In this document: positions 1-9,799 of the stretch, piece after piece
Numbering within the stretch: the stretch's first letter is position 1
How the letters are laid out: every line of letters starts with the position of its first letter
NCBI GenBank assembly: GCA_045627825.1
Contig: JAZQON010000052.1
Location: forward strand, 57,380-121,379
Direction of reading: 5' to 3'
Length of the DNA stretch: 64,000 bases
Source of the DNA: Acutalibacteraceae bacterium
GTDB taxonomy: Bacteria > Bacillota > Clostridia > Oscillospirales > Acutalibacteraceae
Notes under the pieces: generated by a model
Database searches by the model: none
Seen by the model: the letters and a program-made list of their open reading frames with translations, nothing else
What the model was told of the DNA's origin: nothing
Program-made: the position numbers and the translations under genes

Positions 1-121
1 CTGCATCGTCAGGAATATCAATGCTTTTCGGCAAAATGAGCCTTGAAGAATAGCGTCCGCATTTCGCCCGTATTTCATCCCAGTCAAGTCCTTTTTCGCC
101 GCAGAGAACTTCCGCCGACAT
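1..121 (-). CDS. Possible 5' end of an unidentified gene that runs off the window
   Basis: ATG at 121-119 opens a minus-strand frame (MSAEVLCGEKGLDWDEIRAKCGRYSSRLILPKSIDIPDDA...) that stays open to position 1. Stops lie upstream in frame. No family recognised and no clear RBS. Confidence 0.25.
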   Translation of the reverse strand, partial: MSAEVLCGEKGLDWDEIRAKCGRYSSRLILPKSIDIPDDA

Positions 122-235
122 AAACGGAAGTCCGTGCTCCGTACGGTATGCGGTCGGTGGCTTTTCGGATATTTCTCTTTTCTGCTTTCTTGCCGAAAAA
201 AATCCCTCGCACGGCTCAACGGTTTTAATAATAAA

Positions 236-298
236 AAACACATTATCACAATCCTTTCCGTTCAAATTTTATGAGAAAGGTTTTGAAATAATGTGTTT
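236..298 (-). terminator. Putative terminator after the pseudouridine synthase gene
   Basis: Perfect 11-bp arms AAACACATTAT (236-246) and ATAATGTGTTT (288-298). The large loop contains an inner CCTTTC/GAAAGG hairpin. A T-run follows on the minus strand (rc of 225-235). Confidence 0.4.
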
Positions 299-1023
299 CA
301 AGTAATATCTTTAAATATCAGCTCAAGCTCACCGTTACGCAACTCACGGCACTGACCCTCTTCAAGCCCGGGGTCAAGCTTCAACGCTCCTATTCCGGCT
401 CGGTGCAGATGCTCAACATTGTTTCCGAGTGCGGCGAACATTCTTTTTACCTGATGGTATTTGCCCTCTTTTATCTGAATAACGGCGGCAGGTAATCCGT
501 CTTTTTCGGTTGCCTTAACCCTTGCCGGCAGACATTCCGTTCCGTCTCCGAGAGTTATTCCGGCTTCAAGCTTCGCAATATCGTTTTCGTCAATCGGGAA
601 AGAGAGAATTGCTTCGTATGTTTTATAAACATGATGTGACGGGCTCATTATGCGGTGAGCCAGAGCACCGTCATCGGTTATTATCAGAAGCCCGGTCGTA
701 TCACGGTCAAGTCTTCCGCAGGGGAAAAGGGAACGGCGTTTGAGCTCATCGGGGATAATGTCAATAACCGTTTCCTTTGTCGGGTCTTCGGTTGCACTGA
801 TAACTCCCCTCGGCTTATGGAGCATGATATAAACATGTTCCTTAAGTGTAAAGCTATACCCCTTTACGGATATATCGTCATTCTCAATGTCGATAAGCTC
901 TTCGGCACGCAAAATACACCTGCCGTTTACCGTTACGGCGGCATCCTTTATGAGCTGTCTTGCATCACGGCGTGAAACATTGCAGTTGAGCGCTATTAAC
1001 TTGTCCAAACGCTGTAAACCCAT
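298..1023 (-). CDS. RsuA/RluB-family rRNA pseudouridine synthase (S4 domain + PseudoU_synth_2)
   Basis: N-terminal S4-like RLDKLI...SRRDARQLI and catalytic-loop motif GRLDRDTTGLLIITDDG. GGTGA RBS upstream of the ATG at 1023. Confidence 0.9.
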   Translation of the reverse strand: MGLQRLDKLIALNCNVSRRDARQLIKDAAVTVNGRCILRAEELIDIENDDISVKGYSFTLKEHVYIMLHKPRGVISATEDPTKETVIDIIPDELKRRSLFPCGRLDRDTTGLLIITDDGALAHRIMSPSHHVYKTYEAILSFPIDENDIAKLEAGITLGDGTECLPARVKATEKDGLPAAVIQIKEGKYHQVKRMFAALGNNVEHLHRAGIGALKLDPGLEEGQCRELRNGELELIFKDIT

Positions 1024-1060
1024 ATTTTCACCACATTTACTACTTATAACTTCTAACTGA

Positions 1061-1089
1061 AAAAGGGCTTGTTCATCACAAGCCCTTTT
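1061..1089 (-). terminator. Rho-independent terminator downstream of gap
   Basis: GGGCTTGT (1065-1072) pairs with ACAAGCCC (1078-1085). It is flanked by A4 and T4, which gives a T-run on the minus strand. Confidence 0.7.
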
Positions 1090-1104
1090 ATCTGTAAGGT
1101 TAAC

Positions 1105-2139
1105 TTATGCGAGTTCTGCGAAGTACTTGATAGTACGAACCATCTGGCTGGTGTAGCTGTTCTCGTTATCATACCAGGAAACAACCTGAACCTGATAGAG
1201 ACCGTCTCCGAGCTCTGAAACCATGGTCTGAGTTGCATCGAAGAGTGAACCGAACTTCATGCCGATAACATCGCTGGAAACGATGGGGTCTTCATTGTAT
1301 CCGAAGCTCTCGGAAGCGGCAGCCTTCATAGCGGCATTGATGCCTTCCTTGGTAACATTACCCTTAACAACAGCGGTAAGGATTGTGGTTGAGCCTGTGG
1401 GAACGGGAACTCTCTGAGCAGAGCCGATAAGCTTGCCGTTGAGCTCGGGGATAACAAGGCCGATAGCCTTTGCGGCACCTGTTGAGTTGGGAACGATGTT
1501 TGCAGCGCCTGCACGAGCTCTTCTGAGGACGCCCTTTCTGTGAGGACCGTCAAGAATCATCTGGTCGCCTGTGTAAGCATGGATGGTGCTCATGATACCG
1601 CTCTGAATGGGAGCATAATCATTGAGAGCCTTTGCCATGGGAGCAAGGCAGTTTGTTGTGCAGGAAGCGGCGGAGATAATCTGGTCATCAGCTGTGAGAG
1701 TATCGTTATTAACTGAGAAAACGATAGTTTTGAGGTCGTTGCCTGCGGGAGCGGAAATAACAACCTTCTTTGCGCCTGCATTGATGTGAGCCATGCTCTT
1801 ATCCTTGGAGCAGTAGAAGCCTGTGCACTCGAGAACAACATCAACGCCGAGTTCACCCCAGGGGCAGTTAACAGCGTCTTTTTCTGCATAAATCTTAAGA
1901 GTTTTGCCGTCTACGGTGATGGTGTTAGCTTCGTCATCAGCGCTTACGGTGTGAGCATTTTCGCCAATCTTGCCGCAGTATCCGCCCTGAGCGGTATCGT
2001 ACTTGAGAAGATGAGCAAGCATTGAGGGCTTGGTAAGGTCGTTGATAGCAACGATTTCATAGCCTTCTGCACCGAACATCTGTCTGAATGCAAGACGGCC
2101 GATACGACCGAATCCGTTAATTGCAACTTTAACTGACAT
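1105..2139 (-). CDS. gap: Glyceraldehyde-3-phosphate dehydrogenase (type I)
   Basis: [22 protein letters not shown]-binding N-terminus and SCTTNCLAP active-site motif. The ATG at 2139 follows GGAGG. The track's 2154 start is a TTG lying inside the RBS. Confidence 0.97.
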   Translation of the reverse strand: MSVKVAINGFGRIGRLAFRQMFGAEGYEIVAINDLTKPSMLAHLLKYDTAQGGYCGKIGENAHTVSADDEANTITVDGKTLKIYAEKDAVNCPWGELGVDVVLECTGFYCSKDKSMAHINAGAKKVVISAPAGNDLKTIVFSVNNDTLTADDQIISAASCTTNCLAPMAKALNDYAPIQSGIMSTIHAYTGDQMILDGPHRKGVLRRARAGAANIVPNSTGAAKAIGLVIPELNGKLIGSAQRVPVPTGSTTILTAVVKGNVTKEGINAAMKAAASESFGYNEDPIVSSDVIGMKFGSLFDATQTMVSELGDGLYQVQVVSWYDNENSYTSQMVRTIKYFAELA

Positions 2140-2182
2140 GATAAAAACCTCCAAAAAAGTTTATTATAATTTGACCATAACT

Positions 2183-2211
2183 ATTTTAAACATTTTCGAC
2201 GGAATATGCAA
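2183..2211 (-). promoter_or_regulatory. Candidate sigma-A promoter for gap
   Basis: On the minus strand: TTGCAT (rc of 2206-2211), 17-nt spacer, TAAAAT (rc of 2183-2188). It lies about 45 nt upstream of the start codon. Confidence 0.4.
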
Positions 2212-2322
2212 CATTTTTTTTGATATTTATAAATATTCGGTATTCTTAACAAAATTATCCGTTTCACTCATAAAAAGCGTGCAATTCTGCCGAAACATTT
2301 ATTCCGAAAAAGAATAATAATT

Positions 2323-2805
2323 TCATTTGTGATATTTTCCGCCGTTTGAAATCATAAATGCACGGTAAATCTGTTCAAGGAGCATAACCCTTGCAAGCTG
2401 ATGCGGAAAGGTCATCGGGCTCATTGAAAGCCTGAGCCTTGCTCTTTGTTTTACCGTTTCCGAAAGCCCGTGAGAGCCGCCGATTATGAAACAGAGTGTA
2501 CCCGCTCCCGATACGGCGCATTTTTCTATTTCTGCCGAAAAAGTTTCCGATGTCATCGTTTTGCCCTCAATGCACATCGGAAAAACCGCCGCTCCCGACG
2601 GGATTTTTGAAAGTATGCGGTTCGCTTCATCGTCAAGAGCCGCTTTTATCTGCGATGAGTTGGGCTCTTCGGGAAGCCGGAACGGCGTAAGCTCGGTTAT
2701 TTTCAGCTTGCAGAATGCACCGAGCCGTTTTTCGTATTCTGCGCACGCCATGCGAAGATATTCTTCCTTAAGCTTGCCGATACATATTATTTCGATATTC
2801 ATCAT
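2323..2805 (-). CDS. rlmH: 23S rRNA (pseudouridine1915-N3)-methyltransferase RlmH (SPOUT)
   Basis: MMNIEIICIGKLKEEYL... about 160 aa, with C-terminal GGSHG...S...TFPHQL motifs. Tandem ATGs at 2805 and 2802 follow GAGGGG. The longer track ORF would overlap the upstream gene. Confidence 0.9.
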   Translation of the reverse strand: MMNIEIICIGKLKEEYLRMACAEYEKRLGAFCKLKITELTPFRLPEEPNSSQIKAALDDEANRILSKIPSGAAVFPMCIEGKTMTSETFSAEIEKCAVSGAGTLCFIIGGSHGLSETVKQRARLRLSMSPMTFPHQLARVMLLEQIYRAFMISNGGKYHK

Positions 2806-2818
2806 AGTTTCACGCCCC

Positions 2819-3604
2819 TCAAAGAATAATCGGGGGATTATTATCGCCGGCAACGCACAGGGAATAATCGCTGTTTTCCTTTGCACCTGCCATTGTCATT
2901 GCGGAATGTGTGGCTTCATATGCCAGCGACGGGAAATTGTTTTCTTTGCTCAGGTGACCGAGAACAAACCTTGTTGTGCCGCTTTTCAGCAGGCAGACCG
3001 CCGCATCGGCGCAGACCTCATTCGAAAGATGTCCTCTGTCGGAAAGTATTCTTTCTTTAAGAAAATACGGATAAGGGCCGTTGCGGAGCATACCCACATC
3101 GTGATTGGATTCAAGCAGAATAAGGTCGCTTCCGGAAAGAGCATCAATAACTCCCGGGAGTATCATTCCCATATCGGTTGCAACCGATATTTTTTTGCCG
3201 TCGGGTGTCTGAACGCCGTAGCCGGTGCTTTCACGGCTGTCGTGCGGAGTTCTGAACGGTTTTACGAATATACCGCCGACCTCATAGCCGTTTTTCGGTA
3301 TTTCATAGGCATTGAATTTTCCGTTGAAAACGCCTGCATCGTCCATACCCTCAAGCGTACCCCGTGAAGCATAAACATTTATGCCGTATTTTGAAGCAAA
3401 TACTTTTATTCCGCCGATGTGGTCGCTGTGCTCGTGAGTAACGAAAACGGCGCTTATTGAGGACGGGTCAACGCCTATATCCTTAAGAGCCGTTTCGGCT
3501 TTTCTGGCGCTTACTCCGATATCAATAAGTATTCCGGATTTTTCCGTGCCTATGTAAGTGCAGTTTCCGCTGCTCGATGAAAAAAGTGAACAGAATTTTG
3601 CCAT
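2819..3604 (-). CDS. MBL-fold metallo-hydrolase (YycJ/WalJ-like)
   Basis: HEHSDHIGG metallo-beta-lactamase motif. Position next to rlmH matches the yycJ...rlmH neighbourhood in Bacillus. Confidence 0.85.
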   Translation of the reverse strand: MAKFCSLFSSSSGNCTYIGTEKSGILIDIGVSARKAETALKDIGVDPSSISAVFVTHEHSDHIGGIKVFASKYGINVYASRGTLEGMDDAGVFNGKFNAYEIPKNGYEVGGIFVKPFRTPHDSRESTGYGVQTPDGKKISVATDMGMILPGVIDALSGSDLILLESNHDVGMLRNGPYPYFLKERILSDRGHLSNEVCADAAVCLLKSGTTRFVLGHLSKENNFPSLAYEATHSAMTMAGAKENSDYSLCVAGDNNPPIIL

Positions 3605-3613
3605 ATATACCTC

Positions 3614-3639
3614 AAAAAAGGGCTATCAAACGATAGCCC
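3614..3639 (-). terminator. Rho-independent terminator downstream of murA
   Basis: GGGCTATC (3620-3627), loop AAAC, GATAGCCC (3632-3639). A6 at 3614-3619 gives a T-run on the minus strand. Confidence 0.75.
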
Positions 3640-3651
3640 GATAAAATTTAT

Positions 3652-4944
3652 TTATCCTACTGTTGAAAGCTCGTTTGCATCGGGATAATAAACTCTTTTA
3701 ATATCCGCACCGATTGCCGAGAATTTTTCAACAACATGTTCATATCCTCTGTCAATATGAAGTATATCCTCTATTTCGGTTGTACCCTTTGCGGCGATTC
3801 CGGCAATTATCATTGCGGCACCTGCACGCAGGTCATCCGCTTTAACAGGTGCACCCTTAAGGCTCTCAACGCCCTGAATTACGGCAAGCTGATTATCAAC
3901 GCTGATTGATGCGCCCATTCTGTTAAGCTGTTCCGTATAGCGAAAACGGTTTGACCAGATACCCTCGTTTATTATGCTTGTTCCCTCGGCGATTGAAAGC
4001 AGAACCGCCATCTGCGGCTGCATATCGGTGGGAAAACCGGGGTGCGGCATGGTTTTGATGTTGCATTTATCGGGCTTTCTGTTAAGCGCAACACGAACCG
4101 CATCGTCATATTCCTCAACGGTTGCGCCGCATTCGATAAGTTTATTTGAAATTGATTCAAGGTGCTTGGGAATAACATTCTTTATGAGAACATTTCCGAA
4201 AGAAGCGGCGGCGGCAACCATAAATGTTCCGGCTTCGATTTGGTCGGGAATTATGGAATATGTGCAGCCGTGAAGCTTTTCAACGCCCCTGATTTTGATA
4301 ACATCGGTTCCGGCACCTCTTACATCCGCTCCCATTGAGTTGAGAAAGTTTGCAAGGTCAACTATGTGCGGCTCTTTGGCGGCATTTTCGATAACCGTCA
4401 AGCCCGAAGCTTTTACGGCGGCGAGCATGATATTCACCGTTGCACCTACGGAAACCATATCAAGATAAATCGGACTTCCGGAAAGCTGTTCGGCATAGGC
4501 ATCAACAATTGCATTGTTCTCAATTGAGATATTTGCGCCGAGAAGCTCAAAGCCCTTTATATGCTGGTCAATCGGTCTCGGACCGAGATAGCATCCGCCG
4601 GGCATTGCAACCTTTGCTTTGCCGAATCTTCCGAGCAGAGCGCCGATAAAATAATATGATGCCCTGAGATGCTTTGTCATTTCATGCGAAATCACATATG
4701 AATTGACAAATCTCGAATCTATTTCGATTGTACTGCTGTTTATGAGCTTAACACCTGCTCCGATTTGCTTTAAAGCTTTCATCATATAGCTTACATCGCT
4801 TATCGAGGTGGGCAGATTTTCTATTATGCAAATATCCTGCGAAAGTATTGCCGCCGGAATGATTGCAAGTGCAGCATTTTTTGCGCCGCTTACGGTAACT
4901 TCACCGTGCAGGGGGGTTCCGCCGTTGATGACAAATTTTTCCAA
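3652..4944 (-). CDS. murA: UDP-N-acetylglucosamine 1-carboxyvinyltransferase
   Basis: (M)EKFVINGGTPLHGEVTVSGAKNAAL matches the MurA N-terminus. The TTG at 4944 sits 7 nt after AGAGGG. An alternative ATG at 4962 has a weak RBS. The track start at 5028 is unlikely. Confidence 0.93.
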   Translation of the reverse strand: MEKFVINGGTPLHGEVTVSGAKNAALAIIPAAILSQDICIIENLPTSISDVSYMMKALKQIGAGVKLINSSTIEIDSRFVNSYVISHEMTKHLRASYYFIGALLGRFGKAKVAMPGGCYLGPRPIDQHIKGFELLGANISIENNAIVDAYAEQLSGSPIYLDMVSVGATVNIMLAAVKASGLTVIENAAKEPHIVDLANFLNSMGADVRGAGTDVIKIRGVEKLHGCTYSIIPDQIEAGTFMVAAAASFGNVLIKNVIPKHLESISNKLIECGATVEEYDDAVRVALNRKPDKCNIKTMPHPGFPTDMQPQMAVLLSIAEGTSIINEGIWSNRFRYTEQLNRMGASISVDNQLAVIQGVESLKGAPVKADDLRAGAAMIIAGIAAKGTTEIEDILHIDRGYEHVVEKFSAIGADIKRVYYPDANELSTVG

Positions 4945-5357
4945 GAATGTACCCTCTTTCATTCTTTTTCTGCAAAATATATCATAAAGCACACAAAAAC
5001 TCATTTTATACTTTGAAAAGTATAACATATTTTTATGCGTTTGAAAAGACTTTTCGGCAAAAAATATGAAGAATTTGAAAATTTTTTATAAGTCAAACCG
5101 AAAAGCACGAAATGTACTAATCTTAATTACATTATAGTATTCCTCTCTGCTCTGCACATATATAAGGCAAATTATTTTTGAGGATTGCGGAATATGCTGA
5201 AAATCAACGGTTTTTCGTACTTAAAGAACATAATTCTCAAAAAATCAAAAACTTTTTTGACATTACCAATGCACGGTAAATTTGTTGATTTTTAATAAAA
5301 AGCGACTGAAATTCACAAAAAATTCAAAAAATATTTCGATAAATTCGTCAATATCTA

Positions 5358-5386
5358 TTGCAAAACGCTTGTCTTTTGTGTAAAAT
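5358..5386 (+). promoter_or_regulatory. Candidate sigma-A promoter for the PucR-type regulator / ftsEX operon
   Basis: TTGCAA (5358-5363), 17-nt spacer ending in TGTG, TAAAAT (5381-5386). The roughly 85-nt leader contains an imperfect inverted repeat CCGATAGTCA...TGACAATATCGG. Confidence 0.5.
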
Positions 5387-5478
5387 GTATATGTCCCGAT
5401 AGTCATTTTGTCTAAACTGACAATATCGGTTCTGACAAAGCGTAGGCTTAAACATCAGAATGAAGGGGTATTGAATTT

Positions 5479-6561
5479 ATGTCAAACAGAATTTTTCAGG
5501 GTCTTGTTCATCAGATGCGTGATTCGGTAGGCAGAACTTTGGGCGTTATTGACGAAACCGGAACAATAATCGCCTGCAGTGAGCTTAGTAAAATAGGTGA
5601 GGTTATTTCCACCGCCTCGGAAGCTTTTGCGGATAATGAGCTTCATTATATCGGCGGTTATACTTTCTGCAATTTCGGCTCGCATATTCAGTCGGAATAT
5701 GCCGTTTTTGTGGAGGGTGTTGATGAGCTCGCCGGCAGATTTGCGGCCATCTGCTGTGTTTCCCTTGAAAATCTGAAGCAGTATTACGAAGAAAAATTTG
5801 ACAGAGGTAATTTCATCAAGAATGTTATACTCGACAATATTCTTCCGGGGGATATTTATCTTAAATCCCGTGAGCTCCGCTTTAACAGCGAAGCAACAAG
5901 AGTGGTTATACTCATAAGAATTACCGACCATAACGATGCATCGGTATTTGATACTGTTCAGAATCTCTTCCCCGATAAGAATAAGGATTTTGTTATTAAC
6001 ATAAACGAGCATGACATCGCAATTGTCAAAGAGGTTAAAAGCAATATTGAGGGCAAGGACCTTGAAAAGCTTGCACGCTCAATATCGGATTCACTCAGCA
6101 CGGAGCTTTATACTCATGTGCTTGTAGGTATCGGGACAACGGTTGAGGGAATAAAAGACCTTGCCCGTTCATTCAAAGAGGCACAGATAGCACTCGAAGT
6201 AGGAAAGGTGTTTGACACCGAAAAAACCATAGTCAGCTATGAAAATCTCGGAATTGCCCGTCTCATCTATCAGTTGCCCACAACGCTTTGCGATATGTTC
6301 CTGAGAGAGGTGTTCAAGAAAGGCTCCATTGACAGCCTTGACCACGAAACACTTTTCACCATTCAGAAATTCTTTGAGAATAATCTGAATGTTTCCGAAA
6401 CATCCAGAAAGCTTTTTGTTCACAGAAATACTCTTGTTTACAGACTTGAAAAAATCAAAAAGCTTACGGGCCTTGATTTGAGAGAATTTGACGATGCAAT
6501 CGTATTCAAAGTTGCGCTTATGGTTAAGAAGTATCTTGATGCAAAACCGATTAAATATTGA
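5479..6561 (+). CDS. PucR/CdaR-family transcriptional regulator
   Basis: C-terminal PucR-type HTH (NVSETSRKLFVHRNTLVYRLEKIKKLTGLDLREFDDAI). GAAGGGG RBS. Confidence 0.8.
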   Translation: MSNRIFQGLVHQMRDSVGRTLGVIDETGTIIACSELSKIGEVISTASEAFADNELHYIGGYTFCNFGSHIQSEYAVFVEGVDELAGRFAAICCVSLENLKQYYEEKFDRGNFIKNVILDNILPGDIYLKSRELRFNSEATRVVILIRITDHNDASVFDTVQNLFPDKNKDFVININEHDIAIVKEVKSNIEGKDLEKLARSISDSLSTELYTHVLVGIGTTVEGIKDLARSFKEAQIALEVGKVFDTEKTIVSYENLGIARLIYQLPTTLCDMFLREVFKKGSIDSLDHETLFTIQKFFENNLNVSETSRKLFVHRNTLVYRLEKIKKLTGLDLREFDDAIVFKVALMVKKYLDAKPIKY

Positions 6562-6610
6562 CAGGCATAAAGAATACTTCTCGTAATTTTATTTTTGGGG
6601 ATTTGATACT

Positions 6611-7492
6611 GTGATTAAATTTGAAAATGTTTCCAAAAAGTATGAAAACGGAACTATCGCCCTTAAGGATATAAATCTCACCATTGAGGACGGAGAGTTT
6701 GTTTTCGTTGTCGGTTCCTCGGGCGCAGGAAAGAGCACATTTCTGAAGCTTATGATGCGTGAGGAGGTTCCTTCTGCCGGAACTCTTACCATTGACGGAA
6801 CCGTACTCAACAAAATGCGTAAAAAGAATATTCCGAAGCTTCGCCGTAAGCTCGGAATAGTTTTCCAGGATTTCAGACTTATACCCACGATGACCGTTTT
6901 TGACAATGTTGCGTTTGCCATGCGTGTTATCGGTACAAAAGAAAAGAAAATCCGCCGCAGAGTGCCTTATCTGCTCAGCCTTATGGGTCTCAACGATAAA
7001 GCGAGATGCTATCCCAGAGAGCTTTCGGGCGGCGAACAGCAGAGAGTTGCACTTGCAAGAGCGCTTGCCAACGATGCGGATATCATCATTGCGGACGAGC
7101 CTACGGGAAATGTTGACCCGCAGATGAGCTATGAAATCGTTGAGTTGCTTATGCGTCTTAACGAAACCGGCACAACGGTTATTATGGTAACGCATGAGCA
7201 CAGCCTTGTAAAATGCTTTGATAAAAGAGTTATAACTCTTGATAAGGGCAATCTTGTGGCTGACGGCGATACGCTTATCAGAGAAGCCGCAACGGCGCAC
7301 ATTAACGCCGTGAGCGAAATGACAAACGAAAATGTTGAGCTTCCCGAGGAGGATTATTCCGCATATGCCGAAAACATTGAAGCAGAGGAAGAAAAACCCT
7401 CCGAAAAAGAGTTTTCGTTTGAGGATATCGGCATTTCGCAGGAAACGCTGGAGCACATAAAAGAACTTGTTGACGACGGAGGCGAAAACTGA
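6611..7492 (+). CDS. ftsE: Cell-division ABC ATPase FtsE with an acidic C-terminal extension
   Basis: Walker A GSSGAGKST, signature LSGGEQQR, Walker B IIIADEP. GTG start. About 65 extra acidic residues follow the ABC core. Confidence 0.92.
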   Translation: MIKFENVSKKYENGTIALKDINLTIEDGEFVFVVGSSGAGKSTFLKLMMREEVPSAGTLTIDGTVLNKMRKKNIPKLRRKLGIVFQDFRLIPTMTVFDNVAFAMRVIGTKEKKIRRRVPYLLSLMGLNDKARCYPRELSGGEQQRVALARALANDADIIIADEPTGNVDPQMSYEIVELLMRLNETGTTVIMVTHEHSLVKCFDKRVITLDKGNLVADGDTLIREAATAHINAVSEMTNENVELPEEDYSAYAENIEAEEEKPSEKEFSFEDIGISQETLEHIKELVDDGGEN

Positions 7493-8406
7493 TGGGAAAG
7501 CTTGGTTATCTTACTAAAGAGGGCTTCCGTAACCTGAGAGTTAACAAGCTTATGAGCTTTGCTTCGATAACGGTTCTTTTCAGCTGTCTTATGCTGGTGG
7601 GAATAGCGTTTATGATGCTTATTAACATTCAGGCGTTTATAACCGGAATAGAATCCGAAAATGTCATAATGGCTTATGTTGACGACGGCACATTCGATTA
7701 TCAGCTTCCGGGAACTGAGAATACGCTCAGAAACATTCCTGGCGTAGAGGGTGTTGAAAGAGTTGAAAAGGATGCCGCATACAAAGAGATACTCAACGGT
7801 CTTGACGATGAGCTGAGAACCTATCTTGAAAGCGTTAACGAAAATCCGCTTCCGAATGCATTCAGAGTTACAGTTGCGGATATGTCGCAGTTTGAGTTCG
7901 TTGTTGAACAGGTGAAAAATACCGAAAATATTATGCGTGTTCATGAAAACAGCGAGCTTGCAGGCAAGCTTTCAAATATCAGAGATTCCGTTACATATAT
8001 CAGTATCGGTATAATTGCTCTTCTTCTGATAGTTTCTCTTTTCATTATTTCAAATACCATTAAAGTTACCATGTTCAGCAGAAGACTTGAAATAAGCATA
8101 ATGAAGAGCGTGGGCGCAACAAATTCATTCATCCGCTGGCCGTTCATCGTTGAAGGCATTATCATCGGTATTATTGCCGGTCTGCTTGCAACGGGTGCGG
8201 TTTGGGGCTTATATGAATTTGCACTCGGTTCATTCATTGCAACATTCTCGTCATTCGGCAATATGAAGCCAATTGAGTTTATTGACTATGCGCCGTATCT
8301 TGCGGCGGCATTCGTCGGAATCGGAATCTTTACGGGTATATTCGGCAGCTCTTCTTCTATAAGAAAGTATCTTAAAGAAAGGAAGTTTGTTGAACTTGAA
8401 GATTGA
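7492..8406 (+). CDS. ftsX: Cell-division permease-like protein FtsX
   Basis: TGATG overlap with ftsE. One N-terminal TM, an extracellular loop domain, then three C-terminal TMs (FtsX architecture). Confidence 0.9.
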   Translation: MGKLGYLTKEGFRNLRVNKLMSFASITVLFSCLMLVGIAFMMLINIQAFITGIESENVIMAYVDDGTFDYQLPGTENTLRNIPGVEGVERVEKDAAYKEILNGLDDELRTYLESVNENPLPNAFRVTVADMSQFEFVVEQVKNTENIMRVHENSELAGKLSNIRDSVTYISIGIIALLLIVSLFIISNTIKVTMFSRRLEISIMKSVGATNSFIRWPFIVEGIIIGIIAGLLATGAVWGLYEFALGSFIATFSSFGNMKPIEFIDYAPYLAAAFVGIGIFTGIFGSSSSIRKYLKERKFVELED

Positions 8407-9772
8407 TTTCAGAAAGATACTCTGCATAATTTTTGCGGTTGTCTGCACGGCGACGGCGGTTACATATTATCTTCCGAGAGCATCGGCTGATGAAACGCTT
8501 GACCAGATGCAGAAGCAGTATGAAGACCTTGAAAAGCAGATTCAGCAGAATAATCAGAAATTAGACGAAGTAAACGGCGAAATAAAGGATAATAAAGCAA
8601 AGCTTAAAAAGATAAACGGCGAGATAAGCGCCATTGAATCGCAAATTGATATTCTCGACAGCAGAATAGACAAACTCAATTCAAATATCGGAAGCTTACA
8701 GAATAAAATCAATACAACTTCCAATGATATTGAGGAAATAGGCAATCAGATAGTTGAAATCAATGCTCAGATTAAAATGACCGATGAGCTGATGAATGAT
8801 ACCAGAGCAATGCTTCTCGGTAGGCTCAGAGAAAACTATATGGCAGGGGAAGCCTCAATGCTCGAAGTTATCTTTTCTTCACACGATATTTCAAGCTATT
8901 TTGCAAGAAAAGAGCTTATGACAAGAGTTTCGGAAAACGATGCAAAGCTTATTCAGAATATGGAAGTTAAGATAAAAGAGCTTAACGACCTCAACAAACA
9001 GCTTGCGGAGCAGAAAGTAACTCTTGAGGGTAAGAAAGCCGAGCTCGGCGAGCAGGTTGTTTCACTCAGCGCACAGCAAACAGACCTTGAGGGAAGCAAA
9101 AGCACTCAGGAGAGCAAAAAGAAAGAGGTTGACTCAAAATACAGAGAGGTTCAGGGCATAATAAATGACCTTGACAAGGATAGCGCCGAATATAAGGCGG
9201 CTATCAAGGCTCAGGAGAAACAGCGTGAAGCCCTCGAAGCTCAGATTGATGAATACATCAGACAGCACGGTTCAAAGCAGGGCGATACTCCCGATGAAGC
9301 ATATCAGAATGACGGTAATATGATGTGGCCGGTTAAGGGCAGAACCACAATGACAGCAGGCTATCCCTCATACCCGAGCGGCGGAGCTCATTGGGGAATT
9401 GATATCTGTGTTTGCGATTCAAACGGCAACACGAGAGATTCAAACGGCAACAGTCTTTCATATGGTGCGCCTTATTATGCCGCACAGGGCGGTAAGGTTA
9501 TGATTGCTCATAATGACGGCGGCTGGAATTCGGGCTTCGGCAATTACTGCGTTATCGACCACGGTGACGGTACCATGACTCTTTATGCCCATTCAAAATC
9601 GCTTGTTGTTTCCGAGGGAGATGTTGTTCAGAAAGGTCAGAAGCTCGGATACATCGGAGATACCGGCAATGTTACGGGTCCTCATCTTCATTTTGAAGTC
9701 AGAGAGAAAAATGCGGACGGCTCAGTCAGCAGAGTTCAGCCCCTGAAATATGTATCTAACCCGGGGTATTGA
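8387..9772 (+). CDS. Secreted coiled-coil M23 peptidoglycan hydrolase (EnvC/PcsB-like FtsEX partner)
   Basis: Signal peptide, about 270 aa of heptad-rich coiled coil, and a C-terminal M23 domain with HWGIDI and GPHLHFEV metal ligands. Start is uncertain: TTG codons at 8387, 8390 and 8396. Confidence 0.88.
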   Translation: MLNLKIDFRKILCIIFAVVCTATAVTYYLPRASADETLDQMQKQYEDLEKQIQQNNQKLDEVNGEIKDNKAKLKKINGEISAIESQIDILDSRIDKLNSNIGSLQNKINTTSNDIEEIGNQIVEINAQIKMTDELMNDTRAMLLGRLRENYMAGEASMLEVIFSSHDISSYFARKELMTRVSENDAKLIQNMEVKIKELNDLNKQLAEQKVTLEGKKAELGEQVVSLSAQQTDLEGSKSTQESKKKEVDSKYREVQGIINDLDKDSAEYKAAIKAQEKQREALEAQIDEYIRQHGSKQGDTPDEAYQNDGNMMWPVKGRTTMTAGYPSYPSGGAHWGIDICVCDSNGNTRDSNGNSLSYGAPYYAAQGGKVMIAHNDGGWNSGFGNYCVIDHGDGTMTLYAHSKSLVVSEGDVVQKGQKLGYIGDTGNVTGPHLHFEVREKNADGSVSRVQPLKYVSNPGY

Positions 9773-9799
9773 TAAAAAACCGAAAGGAGACGGCTTAAA

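Noticed and set aside
1048-1057. The TTCTAAC 7-mer on its own as evidence for a repeat family
   Set aside because: A 7-mer is expected several times by chance in 64 kb on two strands. I count it only where it is tandem or adjacent to the longer modules.
2486-3367. 293-aa plus-strand ORF
   Set aside because: It lies fully antisense to the well-supported rlmH and MBL-hydrolase genes. The sequence is low-complexity and not protein-like. This is a typical shadow ORF.
5194-5295. 33-codon ORF (MLKINGFSYLKNIILKKSKTFLTLPMHGKFVDF) in the 450-nt AT-rich murA/PucR intergenic region
   Set aside because: There is only a weak GAGGA 9 nt upstream. An open frame of this length is expected by chance in AT-rich DNA, and there is no supporting motif.
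6551-7456. 301-aa minus-strand ORF
   Set aside because: It is antisense to ftsE, which has complete ABC motifs. There is no RBS and no recognisable domain, so I treat it as a shadow ORF.
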